A stretch of DNA of 63,472 nucleotides, filler included, from Octopus bimaculoides (taxonomy: Eukaryota), in assembly GCF_001194135.2 (NCBI RefSeq). It is 6 parts of 6 records of this genome, joined end to end, with 100 filler letters (N's around TTAATTAATTAA, not from the genome) between each part and the next. Parts side by side here need not be neighbours in the genome. Positions count along the whole stretch, not along the records: positions 26,999 to 39,933 come from NC_068992.1; positions 40,034 to 51,121 come from NC_069004.1; 4 more parts are not named here. The stretch is one strand, 5' to 3'. The position numbers were made by a program, and so were the translations under genes. The notes under the pieces were generated by a model, which was not told the origin of the DNA, ran no database searches, and worked only from the letters and a program-made list of their open reading frames with translations. Of the stretch, positions 36,693 through 48,637 are shown piece by piece; the stretch's first letter is position 1, and the number at the start of each line of letters is the position of its first letter.

Positions 36693-36852
36693 TTGTAAGT
36701 AGCTTGCTTCCCAACCATATGGTTCCAGGTGCAGTCCCACTGCGTAGCACCTTGGGCAAGTGTCTTCTGCTCTAGCTTCGAGCCGACCAAAGCCTTGTCA
36801 GTGGATTTGGTAGACGGAAACTGAAAGAAATCCAGTGTATATGTATATTATG

Positions 36853-36894
<42 letters not shown>

Positions 36895-37125
36895 CGCGTA
36901 AGTGTGTGCGTATCTTTGCGTGTCTGTGTTTGTCCACCCACCATCGCTTGACAGCCAATGCTGGTTTGTTTACGTCCAGTAACTTAACGGTTCTACAAAA
37001 GAAACTGATAGAATAAGTACTAGACTTACAAAAAATAAGTCCTGGGGTCGATTTGTTCGACTAAAAGGTGGTGCTCCAGCACGGCCGCAATCAAGTGACT
37101 GAAACAAATAAAAGAATAAAAGAAT
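36693..37125 (+). mobile_element. SINE family A lacking the first ~20 nt
   Basis: Head from TAAGTAGCTTGC, internal (TG)n(CG)n, and a complete 3' half ending in AAAAGAATAAAAGAAT. Confidence 0.9.
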
Positions 37126-37334
37126 ATATATATATATATATATCCATACATATACCCATACACACATATATATGTGTGTGTGTATGTGTGTGTGTGTGTG
37201 TTTGTATACATACACACAGATACGCATACACACACACATATTTCGCCATCACCACCCTTGCCATCATCATCCTCAGCAGCAGCAGCAAGAACATTCGACA
37301 CACCATTATAATCGGCATCCGATTATCTTAAGTT

Positions 37335-37500
37335 TGTAGTCGATCTACCTGCTAGAAATAGCAGGCAACTCACCCTCAAATCATACCCAAAGGAAATGTC
37401 ACATTAAGCAATGTAATTAAAACTTCTATACGTCTAAAACGACGAGATGTGCGCGGATGGAACCCTTGGATCTCCATTCACGCAGGCCAGATTTGCGTCC
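37335..37500 (+). repeat. Unclassified interspersed repeat (similar segment at about 33005-33110)
   Basis: GATCTACCTGCTAGAAATAGCAGGC compared with GATCGACTTGTTAAAAATAACAGCC, with similar downstream blocks. Weak similarity by eye. Confidence 0.35.
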
Positions 37501-37821
37501 AGAAACCACTTCAATACTGACCAATGAAAAAAGTCTATGGTCTTTCGAAAGACAAACCGATGTTCTGCTCTATGACTGGAGTTTGTCTATCTTTTGTCCT
37601 ATCTGACCCCACATTATGCATTGTAGCATAATTCTGTCTTAATTCCAGACTTTATTTTCCCATTACTTCACGACCTTGAGCCACTCTGTTACTTCTAAAC
37701 ATGAATAATATAGATATGTATATGTAAAGGAATTCTGGAATATGGGAAGGCTGTGAAGATAACTTAGAATATTAGAATATTGAGTAAATACTCGTTAAAA
37801 GACGGCGGAAAAGTAGCCTGC

Positions 37822-37897
37822 AAGCTTCCACGGGGGGATCGAACGCTGCACTTCTCAATTCAGGCTGAGCGCTCTGTACCATTAAGCTAAGAGATCT
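37822..37897 (-). pseudogene. tRNA-like relic (pseudo-tRNA or isolated SINE head)
   Basis: Minus strand TAGCTTAATGGTACAGAGCG-CTCA GCCTGAAT TGAG-AAGTGCAGCGTTCGATCCC has box A, box B and a partial anticodon stem, but the acceptor stem does not pair. Confidence 0.45.
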
Positions 37898-37996
37898 CTG
37901 ACGATAGATATCTACTTTTATGTATGTATATATATATTAATATATATAAATACATACACACATACATATAACATACATGTATGTGTGTGCATATAT

Positions 37997-38064
<68 letters not shown>

Positions 38065-40033
38065 ACTGTCACATACTTACATATTTGCACTGTAAATACT
38101 GGCAAAGCTTTATTCTAAGTATGTATACGCATGTATATACAAACATACATGCAATACATGTACATAGACATACATATTCATACACACACACACACATACA
38201 CACACATACACACACATACACCTACCTATGTCTGTAGTGATATGCGTAAACGATTACATTACATTGCATCGCCTGTATGTATGCATATATGTATGCATGT
38301 ATGTATGTATGTATGTATGTATGTATGTATGCATGTATGTATGTATGCATGTATGTATGTACGCATGCATCTAAAATTGGGAAAAGAAATATTAATTTTA
38401 ATAACTAACTGCCGTTTTGAAATCATCGTATAGAATTACAAACAGTTTTGTTCCGTTATTTTTCGCTATCTTTTGCTGTAATAAGCGGTATTTGTAATCA
38501 AATTTTCCAGACATCTTCCAGAGCTGTCGTTATTTTCCTCTAAACACAAAACGTTTCGTGTAATCATTAGCATAAAACTAGTTGTTAAACATCAGGAATG
38601 AATTTCATGCAAAGGAATTTTATAACATTTCAGCAGTAATTGATTTTGCTTCTCTGCAGAAGTTATCATAAAATTATCGTCATAAGGCTATAAACGATGA
38701 ATTTTTGCATCTGATATTAATCAGATCACGACACAATCATTTTATTAATAAATGGCTTTGAGATATGAATCAACTTTTGCGCGGGCTTTTGTCGGCAGCC
38801 ATAGTGTCATTTGATTAAAGTATATAAATACGGTTTGCAGTTGTAATTGAAGAGGAGTAATTTTGTTAGTCAGTCGGCACCACTAAAAAGAAAACGGTAC
38901 GCCATCTGACCCACGTTTTCATTTATTTTTGCTGCTTGTAGCTACTCGTATTGGCAGGGAAGGAGGTCGATTAAAGTAAACTCAAACAGTCTTTGATTAG
39001 AAAGTAATAACTGTTGTATCGCTCCAAGTTGCAATCCTCGCGATTGTCAGCATTCGGCATTCTGTGGCAAATGGCAACCGTAGCTTTTATCAGGAATATA
39101 ATATTTACTGATATCCGGAAACAATAATGCTAACATTCGCAGCAATTAGCGCTATCGGTGGCTAGCACCTACTTGACTTCAATACCCAATAAATTCAAAA
39201 TGGTGGATTAAACTAAGCTATAAGTCAGATCAAACGGCTGATTGCATATATAACTCGTACGTAGTATTAAATTTAGACACATAATCACCTGAAATTAACA
39301 AGATATAAAAAGCACCAATATCTATGAAGAAGACAATATCCCATGGCCGGTGCATTAATTCAATGAGATGCTGAATTATGCCTAAGTACAGAAGACTCTA
39401 ATTGTCCGTCTTCTGCGTTCAAATGTGAAAATTGAATTGCTGCTTCTGCTGCTACTGCTATTGGTGTAGCTTGCACAAGTGCCAACACAACAGAGATTAA
39501 TGGACGGGATATGGTTTATATGGTGGGTAAGAGGATAACCAAAGATGTATTGACTAGTGCCAGATCAATCAGAGAAGAGCAGACATATGTGGCGGCGCCA
39601 TTACACCAATATGGTAACTAAAGAAAACAGACAAATGGAGAAAAATGATAGCCTTTACGCTGGAAACATCTTCACATACAACCTTAATTGGTGTTAAAGG
39701 GGGAAAAAAACAATAAAAATAATAATAAAAACAAACGAAAAAAATAATAAATAACCGATAAAAATATATAAATACAAAGGAAAAAATTGGACAAAAGAAT
39801 TGAAGTAAAAACAAAAAGAAAAAAATAAAGCAAAATAGGAAAGAAAAAAAGAAAAGAAAAAAGCAGAGCTGCAAAGAACAGCATCTCGTTAGGAGAGGGT
39901 GTATATACAGATGCCAAATGACGCTTGCTCCGTNNNNNNNNNNNNNNNNNNNNNNNNNNNNNNNNNNNNNNNNNNNNTTAATTAATTAANNNNNNNNNNN
40001 NNNNNNNNNNNNNNNNNNNNNNNNNNNNNNNNN

Positions 40034-40252
40034 TGTGTGTGTGTGTTTGTGTATGTGTTTGTCCCCCCCCCCCCAACATCGCATGACAACCGATGCTTGT
40101 GTGTTTATGTCCCCGTAACTTGGCGGTTCGGCAACAGAGTCCGATAGAATAAGTACTAGGCTTACAAAGAATAAGTCCTGGGGTCGATTTGCTCGACTAA
40201 AAGGCGGTGCTCCAGCATGGCCGCAGTCAAATGACTGAAACAAGTAAAAGAG
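40034..40252 (+). mobile_element. SINE family A 3' half (head lost at scaffold join)
   Basis: Close match to 1340-1454 and to the 3' tail of other copies. Confidence 0.9.
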
Positions 40253-40278
40253 TATACGCGCGCGCGCGCATACACATA

Positions 40279-40740
40279 CACGCTGTCTGATCAATAAGCA
40301 TCCGAACTGCTGCCATAGTAACGAAGCTAAAGAGACGAGTGTAGCATGTGATCATTGCATTGACCATGACAGAGGAAGCTGAGCAGAGAATCTGCATCAC
40401 ATTTTGCCAAAAGCTTGGCGATACCTGCTCAGAGGCCTATGCAAAGTTTTCAAAAAGTTTTCATCGTTCTCGGCACAATCAAGGAGATTTTGTGCAACTG
40501 AAACCCGAGTGTCTTTTTGGTCAGCTAAAAGCAATTTTGGCAGAAACTAGGGAGATACGCGTCTCCTAGCCAAATCTTCAGTGATAGTGGACTGAACTGA
40601 ACTGTAACTGATCTACACATCTTCTGATAACTCACGGATGGTGATTCGACCATTTTCCCCTCACAGCTGCAAGCACATCTGCGATGTTTCTCTCAGTTCT
40701 GCTGGTTGCAGGTCTCACAGAACGTTCGTCAATATCGAAC
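40279..40740. mobile_element. Mariner remnant with internal inversion
   Basis: TIR-like TA|CACGCTGTCTGATCAATAAGCATCCGAACTG. On + (ATG at 40366): MTEEAEQRICITFCQKLGDTCSEAYAK. On - (40740 to 40447): DIDERSVRPATSRTERN..GRITIRELSED.ISYSSVQSTITEDL..PKLL..DQKDTRVSVAQNLLDCAENDENFLKT. Confidence 0.85.
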
Positions 40741-40790
40741 TTCTTTATAAGCCTAGTACTTATTCTATCGGTCACTTTTGCCGAACCGCT
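40741..40790 (-). mobile_element. 50-bp internal fragment of SINE family A
   Basis: Reverse complement AGCGGTTCGGCAAAAGTGACCGATAGAATAAGTACTAGGCTTATAAAGAA. Confidence 0.85.
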
Positions 40791-41592
40791 CCAGGCAGTA
40801 GAGTCCCAGTTCCTTCAACCTCCCCCAGTAGCCCATATGTTTTACTGTGTCTATCTCTTTTGTGTAGAGGCGTTGGATCGCCTCTAGTCCCGCAATTAGT
40901 TTTAAACTCTGTGGGGACCACAGCTAGGAGCAGTAGTCCAGACGACTGAGGACAAAGGTTCTCCAAAACAGAAGGGTTGTGTCTCTGTTCCTGGTCCTGA
41001 AGAATCTAAGGATCCAACCTGCCACCCGCCTGTATAGCGTTGCCATCTGAGCAATGTGCACATGGAAAGTTGCGGCGTTGCTCATGTGGATTCCCAAGTC
41101 ATGCACCGACTCAAACTCTGGGATTTCATTGCCTGCTTGTCCCGTGTACGGTAGCTGTAGATTGTTTGTGCGCTGATAGCGGAGTGCTTGCAATTTTGCC
41201 GCAATGAACTGCATATTATTCTCATCTGCCCATTTATATATATATATGCTGCAGTCTTAGGACGTCAGTAGGACCCTTGACCGTCTGCGATACTTTTGTA
41301 TCATCGGCGTAGCTGGTGAGTGTGGCTGACTCTATGGCTGGGGGTATGTCCGAGAGAGCAACCACAAACAGTAGTGGTCCCAGCAATGGTCCCTGGGAGA
41401 CTCCGCTGAAGATTAGTGTCACTTTAGAGAGAGCACCATTTGCTGTGACAGCCTGACTTTTCCCCTTCAGGAAATCATGCAGCCACTCTCCCAGTCTACC
41501 AGCCATACCGAGGTCACGCAATTTGTGACATATCATCCCATGATCGACTTTCTGAAAGGACTTGGCAAAGTAGAGATATATCACATCCAGAT

Positions 41593-41596
<4 letters not shown>
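40791..41596 (-). mobile_element. CR1/L2-type LINE reverse transcriptase fragment
   Basis: [67 protein letters not shown] and GYWGRLKELGLY. Interrupted by (TA)n near 41235. Confidence 0.92.
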
Positions 41597-41653
<57 letters not shown>

Positions 41654-42412
41654 CGCGGACAAACACAAACACACATACACATACAAACATATACATACAT
41701 ACATATACATATGTGTATATATATATATATGTGTGTGTGCGCGTGTGTGTGTATCTTTATCTATCTCACCCTCACATCAAACGCGCGCGCGCGCGAAGTC
41801 TTCAATCTCTCACACAGCGTCATGTGTACAGCCTCGATTTGGATCGGAAAAAAAACAAATCAACGACGTTCAAGAGGAGGTAATCCATACTACACATATT
41901 TCTAACTTTACACTTCTGCTCACGTTTTGTTTGATGTCGCACTGTTTGTTGTGAAGGAGAGGACAGTTGGGAGGGGAGGCATGTGCAATAAAGCGAGTAA
42001 AGGGAAAGAGAGAGAGAGAGANNNNNNNNNNNNNNNNNNNNNNNNNNNNNNNNNNNNNNNNNNNNNNNNNNNNNNNNNNNNNNNNNNNNNNNNNNNNNNN
42101 NNNNNNNNNNNNNNNNNNNNNNNNNNNNNNNNNNNNNNNNNNNNNNNNNNNNNNNNNNNNNNNNNNNNNNNNNNNNNNNNNNNNNNNNNNNNNNNNNNNN
42201 NNNNNNNNNNNNNNNNNNNNNNNNNNNNNNNNNNNNNNNNNNNNNNNNNNNNNNNNNNNNNNNNNNNNNNNNNNNNNNNNNNNNNNNNNNNNNNNNNNNN
42301 NNNNNNNNNNNNNNNNNNNNNNNNNNNNNNNNNNNNNNNNNNNNNNNNNNNNNNNNNNNNNNNNNNNNNNNNNNNNNNNNNNNNNNNNNNNNNNNNNNNN
42401 NNNNNNNNNNNN

Positions 42413-42474
<62 letters not shown>

Positions 42475-42779
42475 TTATTTATTTATACATATATATACAT
42501 ACATATATAGATATACATATATATATATACTTATATATACATATATATATATACATACATATATATTATATACATACATTCATACATATTTATATATATG
42601 TATGTATGTATATATATATATATATATATATAAGGCATGTGTGTATGTGTGTATGTGTGTATATATGATCGCATGATCACGTGTGTATGAGTGCGTGTGG
42701 GTGGGTGGGTAAGTGTGTATTTGTGAAAAGGGAGAGATGGGAGAGAACAAAAATAGATATTTACAACAAAAAAAAAACA

Positions 42780-43288
42780 GCAACAACAACAACAACAACA
42801 ACAACAGCAACAACAACAACACCAACAGCAACTGCTGGGCATCAGTCACTGGTTATCGGGTGTGTCTTGTATTCGCCACCATCGTCATTATCCTCATCGC
42901 CACCACCACCACCGCCAGAATTAACATCGTCGTCGTCGTCGTCATAACCATCATCATCATCACCATCACCATCATCACCACCATCACCATCATCACCACC
43001 ATCACCATCATCATCGTCGTCGTCATCATCGTATCACCATCTCCACCTTCGTCATCATCATCATTTTCGTCGTCAGCATCATCACCACCACCATAACCCC
43101 TACCATCACTACTTCTACCACCACCATCACCATCATCATCATCATCATCGTCATCGTCATCGTCATCATCATCATCATCACGACCACCACCATCATCATC
43201 GTCGTCGTCATCATCATCATCATTTTCATCGTCAGCATCATCACCACCACCATAACCCCTACCACCACTACTAACACTACTACTACCA
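42780..43288. repeat. CAA/CAT/CAC trinucleotide array with a duplicated ~60-bp higher-order unit
   Basis: CATCATCATTTTCRTCGTCAGCATCATCACCACCACCATAACCCCTACCA occurs at about 43053 and about 43212. Confidence 0.9.
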
Positions 43289-43978
43289 NNNNNNNNNNNN
43301 NNNNNNNNNNNNNNNNNNNNNNNNNNNNNNNNNNNNNNNNNNNNNNNNNNNNNNNNNNNNNNNNNNNNNNNNNNNNNNNNNNNNNNNNNNNNNNNNNNNN
43401 NNNNNNNNNNNNNNNNNNNNNNNNNNNNNNNNNNNNNNNNNNNNNNNNNNNNNNNNNNNNNNNNNNNNNNNNNNNNNNNNNNNNNNNNNNNNNNNNNNNN
43501 NNNNNNNNNNNNNNNNNNNNNNNNNNNNNNNNNNNNNNNNNNNNNNNNNNNNNNNNNNNNNNNNNNNNNNNNNNNNNNNNNNNNNNNNNNNNNNNNNNNN
43601 NNNNNNNNNNNNNNNNNNNNNNNNNNNNNNNNNNNNNNNNNNNNNNNNNNNNNNNNNNNNNNNNNNNNNNNNNNNNNNNNNNNNNNNNNNNNNNNNNNNN
43701 NNNNNNNNNNNNNNNNNNNNNNNNNNNNNNNNNNNNNNNNNNNNNNNNNNNNNNNNNNNNNNNNNNNNNNNNNNNNNNNNNNNNNNNNNNNNNNNTATAT
43801 ATATATATATATACATACATACATACATACATACATACCATACCATACACATACACACACAGAGAAATAAATATATAGACAGACACATGCATACATACAT
43901 AGACAGACAGACAGGCTGGCAGGCAGGCAGACAGACAAACTGACAGATAGAGAAATAGGTATGTAGACACACACACAC

Positions 43979-44032
<54 letters not shown>

Positions 44033-44149
44033 GTAGATAGATAGTGTAGTGGTTATGTATAGTCAGTACCAGGTGTTGATGTGGGTGCGTGTATATTGCT
44101 GCAAGAGTTCATAAAGAGATGAAGAATAAATTACTACATGGAAATATAT

Positions 44150-44350
44150 TTTATTTACTGGTCGATGATGATACATAGAATCATAGAATCTAGTTGAATG
44201 AAATAATCTATGCAAGAAAGTTCAGAGATAGAAAATGTAGAAATAACAGCTAATTGATGGTTTTCAGTCATGTGGTGTAGAGGAATAGATGGACATAGCC
44301 ATGATGTGAATGGCTCAGAGTCTAATCGACTAAGAAGTGAAGAACAGGGT
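44150..44350 (+). mobile_element. Possible RTE-type LINE RT C-terminal relic
   Basis: Degenerate W..HVV*RNRWT (cf. WAGHV.RR.D.RWT). It needs a frameshift, so support is weak. Confidence 0.3.
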
Positions 44351-44540
44351 CAGCAAGCTGTTTTTATTAATAAAACAGCTAGACATTCTAAGAAACTTCC
44401 AAGAGAAACGCTAAGCTTCTTGAATAATTAACAATCAGGTCTCATGACACAGAGGCTTCGAGAAACTTCCAAAGGGAGGTTACTCTATAATCTTTCTTAC
44501 ACGGGAGATCATTCAACTATCTAGCTACCACTGGATAGGT

Positions 44541-44607
<67 letters not shown>

Positions 44608-45485
44608 NNNNNNNNNNNNNNNNNNNNNNNNNNNNNNNNNNNNNNNNNNNNNNNNNNNNNNNNNNNNNNNNNNNNNNNNNNNNNNNNNNNNNNNNNNNNN
44701 NNNNNNNNNNNNNNNNNNNNNNNNNNNNNNNNNNNNNNNNNNNNNNNNNNNNNNNNNNNNNNNNNNNNNNNNNNNNNNNNNNNNNNNNNNNNNNNNNNNN
44801 NNNNNNNNNNNNNNNNNNNNNNNNNNNNNNNNNNNNNNNNNNNNNNNNNNNNNNNNNNNNNNNNNNNNNNNNNNNNNNNNNNNNNNNNNNNNNNNNNNNN
44901 NNNNNNNNNNNNNNNNNNNNNNNNNNNNNNNNNNNNNNNNNNNNNNNNNNNNNNNNNNNNNNNNNNNNNNNNNNNNNNNNNNNNNNNNNNNNNNNNNNNN
45001 NNNNNNNNNNNNNNNNNNNNNNNNNNNNNNNNNNNNNNNNNNNNNNNNNNNNNNNNNNNNNNNNNNNNNNNNNNNNNNNNNNNNNNNNNNNNNNNNNNNN
45101 NNNNNNNNNNNNNNNNNNNNNNNNNNNNNNNNNNNNNNNNNNNNNNNNNNNNNNNNNNNNNNNNNNNNNNNNNNNNNNNNNNNNNNNNNNNNNNNNNNNN
45201 NNNNNNNNNNNNNNNNNNNNNNNNNNNNNNNNNNNNNNNNNNNNNNNNNNNNNNNNNNNNNNNNNNNNNNNNNNNNNNNNNNNNNNNNNNNNNNNNNNNN
45301 NNNNNNNNNNNNNNNNNNNNNNNNNNNNNNNNNNNNNNNNNNNNNNNNNNNNNNNNNNNNNNNNNNNNNNNNNNNNNNNNNNNNNNNNNNNNNNNNNNNN
45401 NNNNNNNNNNNNNNNNNNNNNNNNNNNNNNNNNNNNNNNNNNNNNNNNNNNNNNNNNNNNNNNNNNNNNNNNNNNNNNNNNNNNN

Positions 45486-45538
<53 letters not shown>

Positions 45539-46044
45539 GAGAGAGAAGAGAGAGAGAGAGGCACATACACAAAAACACATACACACGTAATTGGCTATAT
45601 GAATGTAATAATGGATGTATATATGTATGAAATTACATTATGTGTGTATGTGTATGTGCACATATATTTGTTAATATACATGAATGCATAGATGCAGCCT
45701 TACTTATACACATGCATAGATTTATGCACATACATAGCCATACGCATAAACATACATACACACACACACATATACAAACATACATTTTTCATAATTACTA
45801 GCACCTACATACCCCACATACATACAAACATATATACACACATATATGGACCCCTATCATTTACACATTATTTAGCTACGTCTCTAATGGACCCCACAAC
45901 ACTACAACATCAAGGGGACACTCAATAAAACGCTTCTACTCTGGAGCAGTGAACCGTCCCCTTTCTCCCTCCCCCTCCTCACATTTTCTTTTTTAATAAG
46001 TTAATGTATATATTTCTGTTGAGATATTTCTCTGTATGTGTGTA

Positions 46045-46086
<42 letters not shown>

Positions 46087-46835
46087 TTTACGTACAGGTA
46101 AGATAGATAGATAAATAGATATTTATATATAATAGTACATGTGCCCTTAGTCATACGGCCAATATATCTGCAACCAATACGTATATATATATANNNNNNN
46201 NNNNNNNNNNNNNNNNNNNNNNNNNNNNNNNNNNNNNNNNNNNNNNNNNNNNNNNNNNNNNNNNNNNNNNNNNNNNNNNNNNNNNNNNNNNNNNNNNNNN
46301 NNNNNNNNNNNNNNNNNNNNNNNNNNNNNNNNNNNNNNNNNNNNNNNNNNNNNNNNNNNNNNNNNNNNNNNNNNNNNNNNNNNNNNNNNNNNNNNNNNNN
46401 NNNNNNNNNNNNNNNNNNNNNNNNNNNNNNNNNNNNNNNNNNNNNNNNNNNNNNNNNNNNNNNNNNNNNNNNNNNNNNNNNNNNNNNNNNNNNNNNNNNN
46501 NNNNNNNNNNNNNNNNNNNNNNNNNNNNNNNNNNNNNNNNNNNNNNNNNNNNNNNNNNNNNNNNNNNNNNNNNNNNNNNNNNNNNNNNNNNNNNNNNNNN
46601 NNNNNNNNNNNNNNNNNNNNNNNNNNNNNNNNNNNNNNNNNNNNNNNNNNNNNNNNNNNNNNNNNNNNNNNNNNNNNNNNNNNNNNNNNNNNNNNNNNNN
46701 NNNNNNNNNNNNNNNNNNNNNNNNNNNNNNNNNNNNNNNNNNNNNNNNNNNNNNNNNNNNNNNNNNNNNNNNNNNNNNNNNNNNNNNNNNNNNNNNNNNN
46801 NNNNNNNNNNNNNNNNNNNNNNNNNNNNNNNTATG

Positions 46836-46883
<48 letters not shown>

Positions 46884-46909
46884 CATATATGTGTGTGTGT
46901 GTATGTTTA

Positions 46910-47100
46910 AGTGTCTGTGTTTGTCCCCTCAGCATCGCTTGACAACCGATGTTGGTGTGTTTACGTCCCTGTAACTTAACGGTTTGGCCGATAGAATAAG
47001 TACTTGGCATACAAAGAATAAGTCCCGGGGTCGATTCGCTCGACTAAAGGCGGTTTTCCAGCATGGCCGCAGTCAAATGATTGAAACAAATAAAAGAATA
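46910..47100 (+). mobile_element. SINE family A 3' half
   Basis: CATCGCTTGACAACCGATG..GATAGAATAAGTAC..GGGGTCGATTCGCTCGACTAAAGGCGG..GAAACAAATAAAAGAAT, preceded by a microsatellite and a gap. Confidence 0.88.
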
Positions 47101-47249
47101 TATGAACCCACACATTGCATTATACCCATAGGCCATATATGGTATTATGAAAGGCCATACCTTTCCGGCCATAAAACCCTTTCTTCTGAAAGGTCTAGAG
47201 TCGTTTGTGGGTGGGACGTGATCTGGAACGTGAGCAAATAACGTATCCC

Positions 47250-47515
47250 CGATGCGAGCCTCTAATGTCAATGGTTCCTCTCTTGCTTCAACATTCGCCA
47301 CTCTTAATCCTTTTGTATTGTTATTACCAATGGAAGCGCTTTGATGAACCTTCTCGGTTCCAAATCTGTTTATGTCATCTCGCCTGATTTGAAACCCACA
47401 TCGCCTTCATACAAATGCTGTTGTGCTTCTATATACAGGGAAGGCTCTCTACAGTCGCAGTTTTTTTCACTCAAACTGCCAGACTTTGGAAATCTCTTCC
47501 ATTTCGTTGTTTTTC
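47250..47515 (+). mobile_element. CR1/Jockey-type LINE ORF2 C-terminal end
   Basis: LILLYCYYQW (cf. SLFYRYY.G) and YSRSFF-TQTARLWKSLP (cf. SFFPRT..LWNSLP). Confidence 0.6.
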
Positions 47516-48125
47516 TCCTTCTTCGTCTTAATATCTCCTTCTTCGTAGTCTCTTACACTAAGTGGCTTCTCACCTTGTTTAGGACTTTCTAAAAAATATG
47601 AGCTATAGAGTGTGTTGTTTCGACATGTTCAACAAATCATATGATTTCACCAGTGACGCCTTCACAATGGTTACAAAACTACCGAAAGGAAAATTACCTG
47701 GCAGAGAGCTGACAGTCGGTAATTTGTACAGAAAACTCACGTTCTACAGAGCAAGGAGACGCGTAAAGCCTCAAACTACACAACTATGGCATGCTTGAAT
47801 GTAAAGTATAAGCTGTGCATACAGTTGCTTGAATATATTTCTCTAGAAGCAATGCGAAACACATAACGTAGTGACTGATGAGCAAGCATGAGGAACAGCG
47901 CTGGATTAACCATTAAGCAAAATAAGTATGTGATTAGAACCTCAAGAGAATGGGGTACCACAGAAAGGGTAAATGAATCCACTTCAAACTTGCTAGAATA
48001 ATATTCGAAGTAGTTTTATAAGCTCGGAAATATAATCTCGAAGTCTTCATGGTGTCATAGTGAGGAGTTGATCAAAGATTTTGCAATTAAAAAAAAGTAG
48101 GAGAAAACTTTTCAAATATAATATG

Positions 48126-48320
48126 ATAATAATAATTATTTCCAAGGGTAGTTTGGGATGAGTCGATTACATCGACCCCAGTATTCAACTGGAACTTATT
48201 TTATCGAACTCGAAAGGACGAAAGGCAAGATCCACCTCGGCGGAATTTGAACTCAGAACGTAGCGACGTTCTTCTCATTGATCTCCTGCGACTCCAAGAA
48301 CATACGAACGAAATACCGCT
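48126..48320 (-). mobile_element. SINE family B with an insertion of about 40 bp in its head
   Basis: GTCGATTACATCGACCCCAGTATTCAACTGG..GAAAGGCAAG..GGCGGAATTTGAACTCAGAACG, then an unrelated TTCTTCTCATTGATCTCC.. before GAAATACCGCT. Confidence 0.8.
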
Positions 48321-48529
48321 ATATAAAGAGAGAGGTGTAGATAGATAGATAGATAGATAGATAGATATTATGATAGCCTTATTAACCAAGAAATGTTATA
48401 ACATCAAGGAAAGAGGCTTGTCACTTTCTTAGTGACTGGCATCGTTTTTTTTCTTTTTTTTTCTTCAAAAACGAAAAGTTAAATACATACCACATCGCCC
48501 AAAGGTCAAACATGCATTCATACTTATCT

Positions 48530-48603
48530 ATACGCATGCCTATATACTTACATACATAGCCATACATAAATACATACAAACATGGATATAAACATATACA
48601 TAT

Positions 48604-48637
<34 letters not shown>

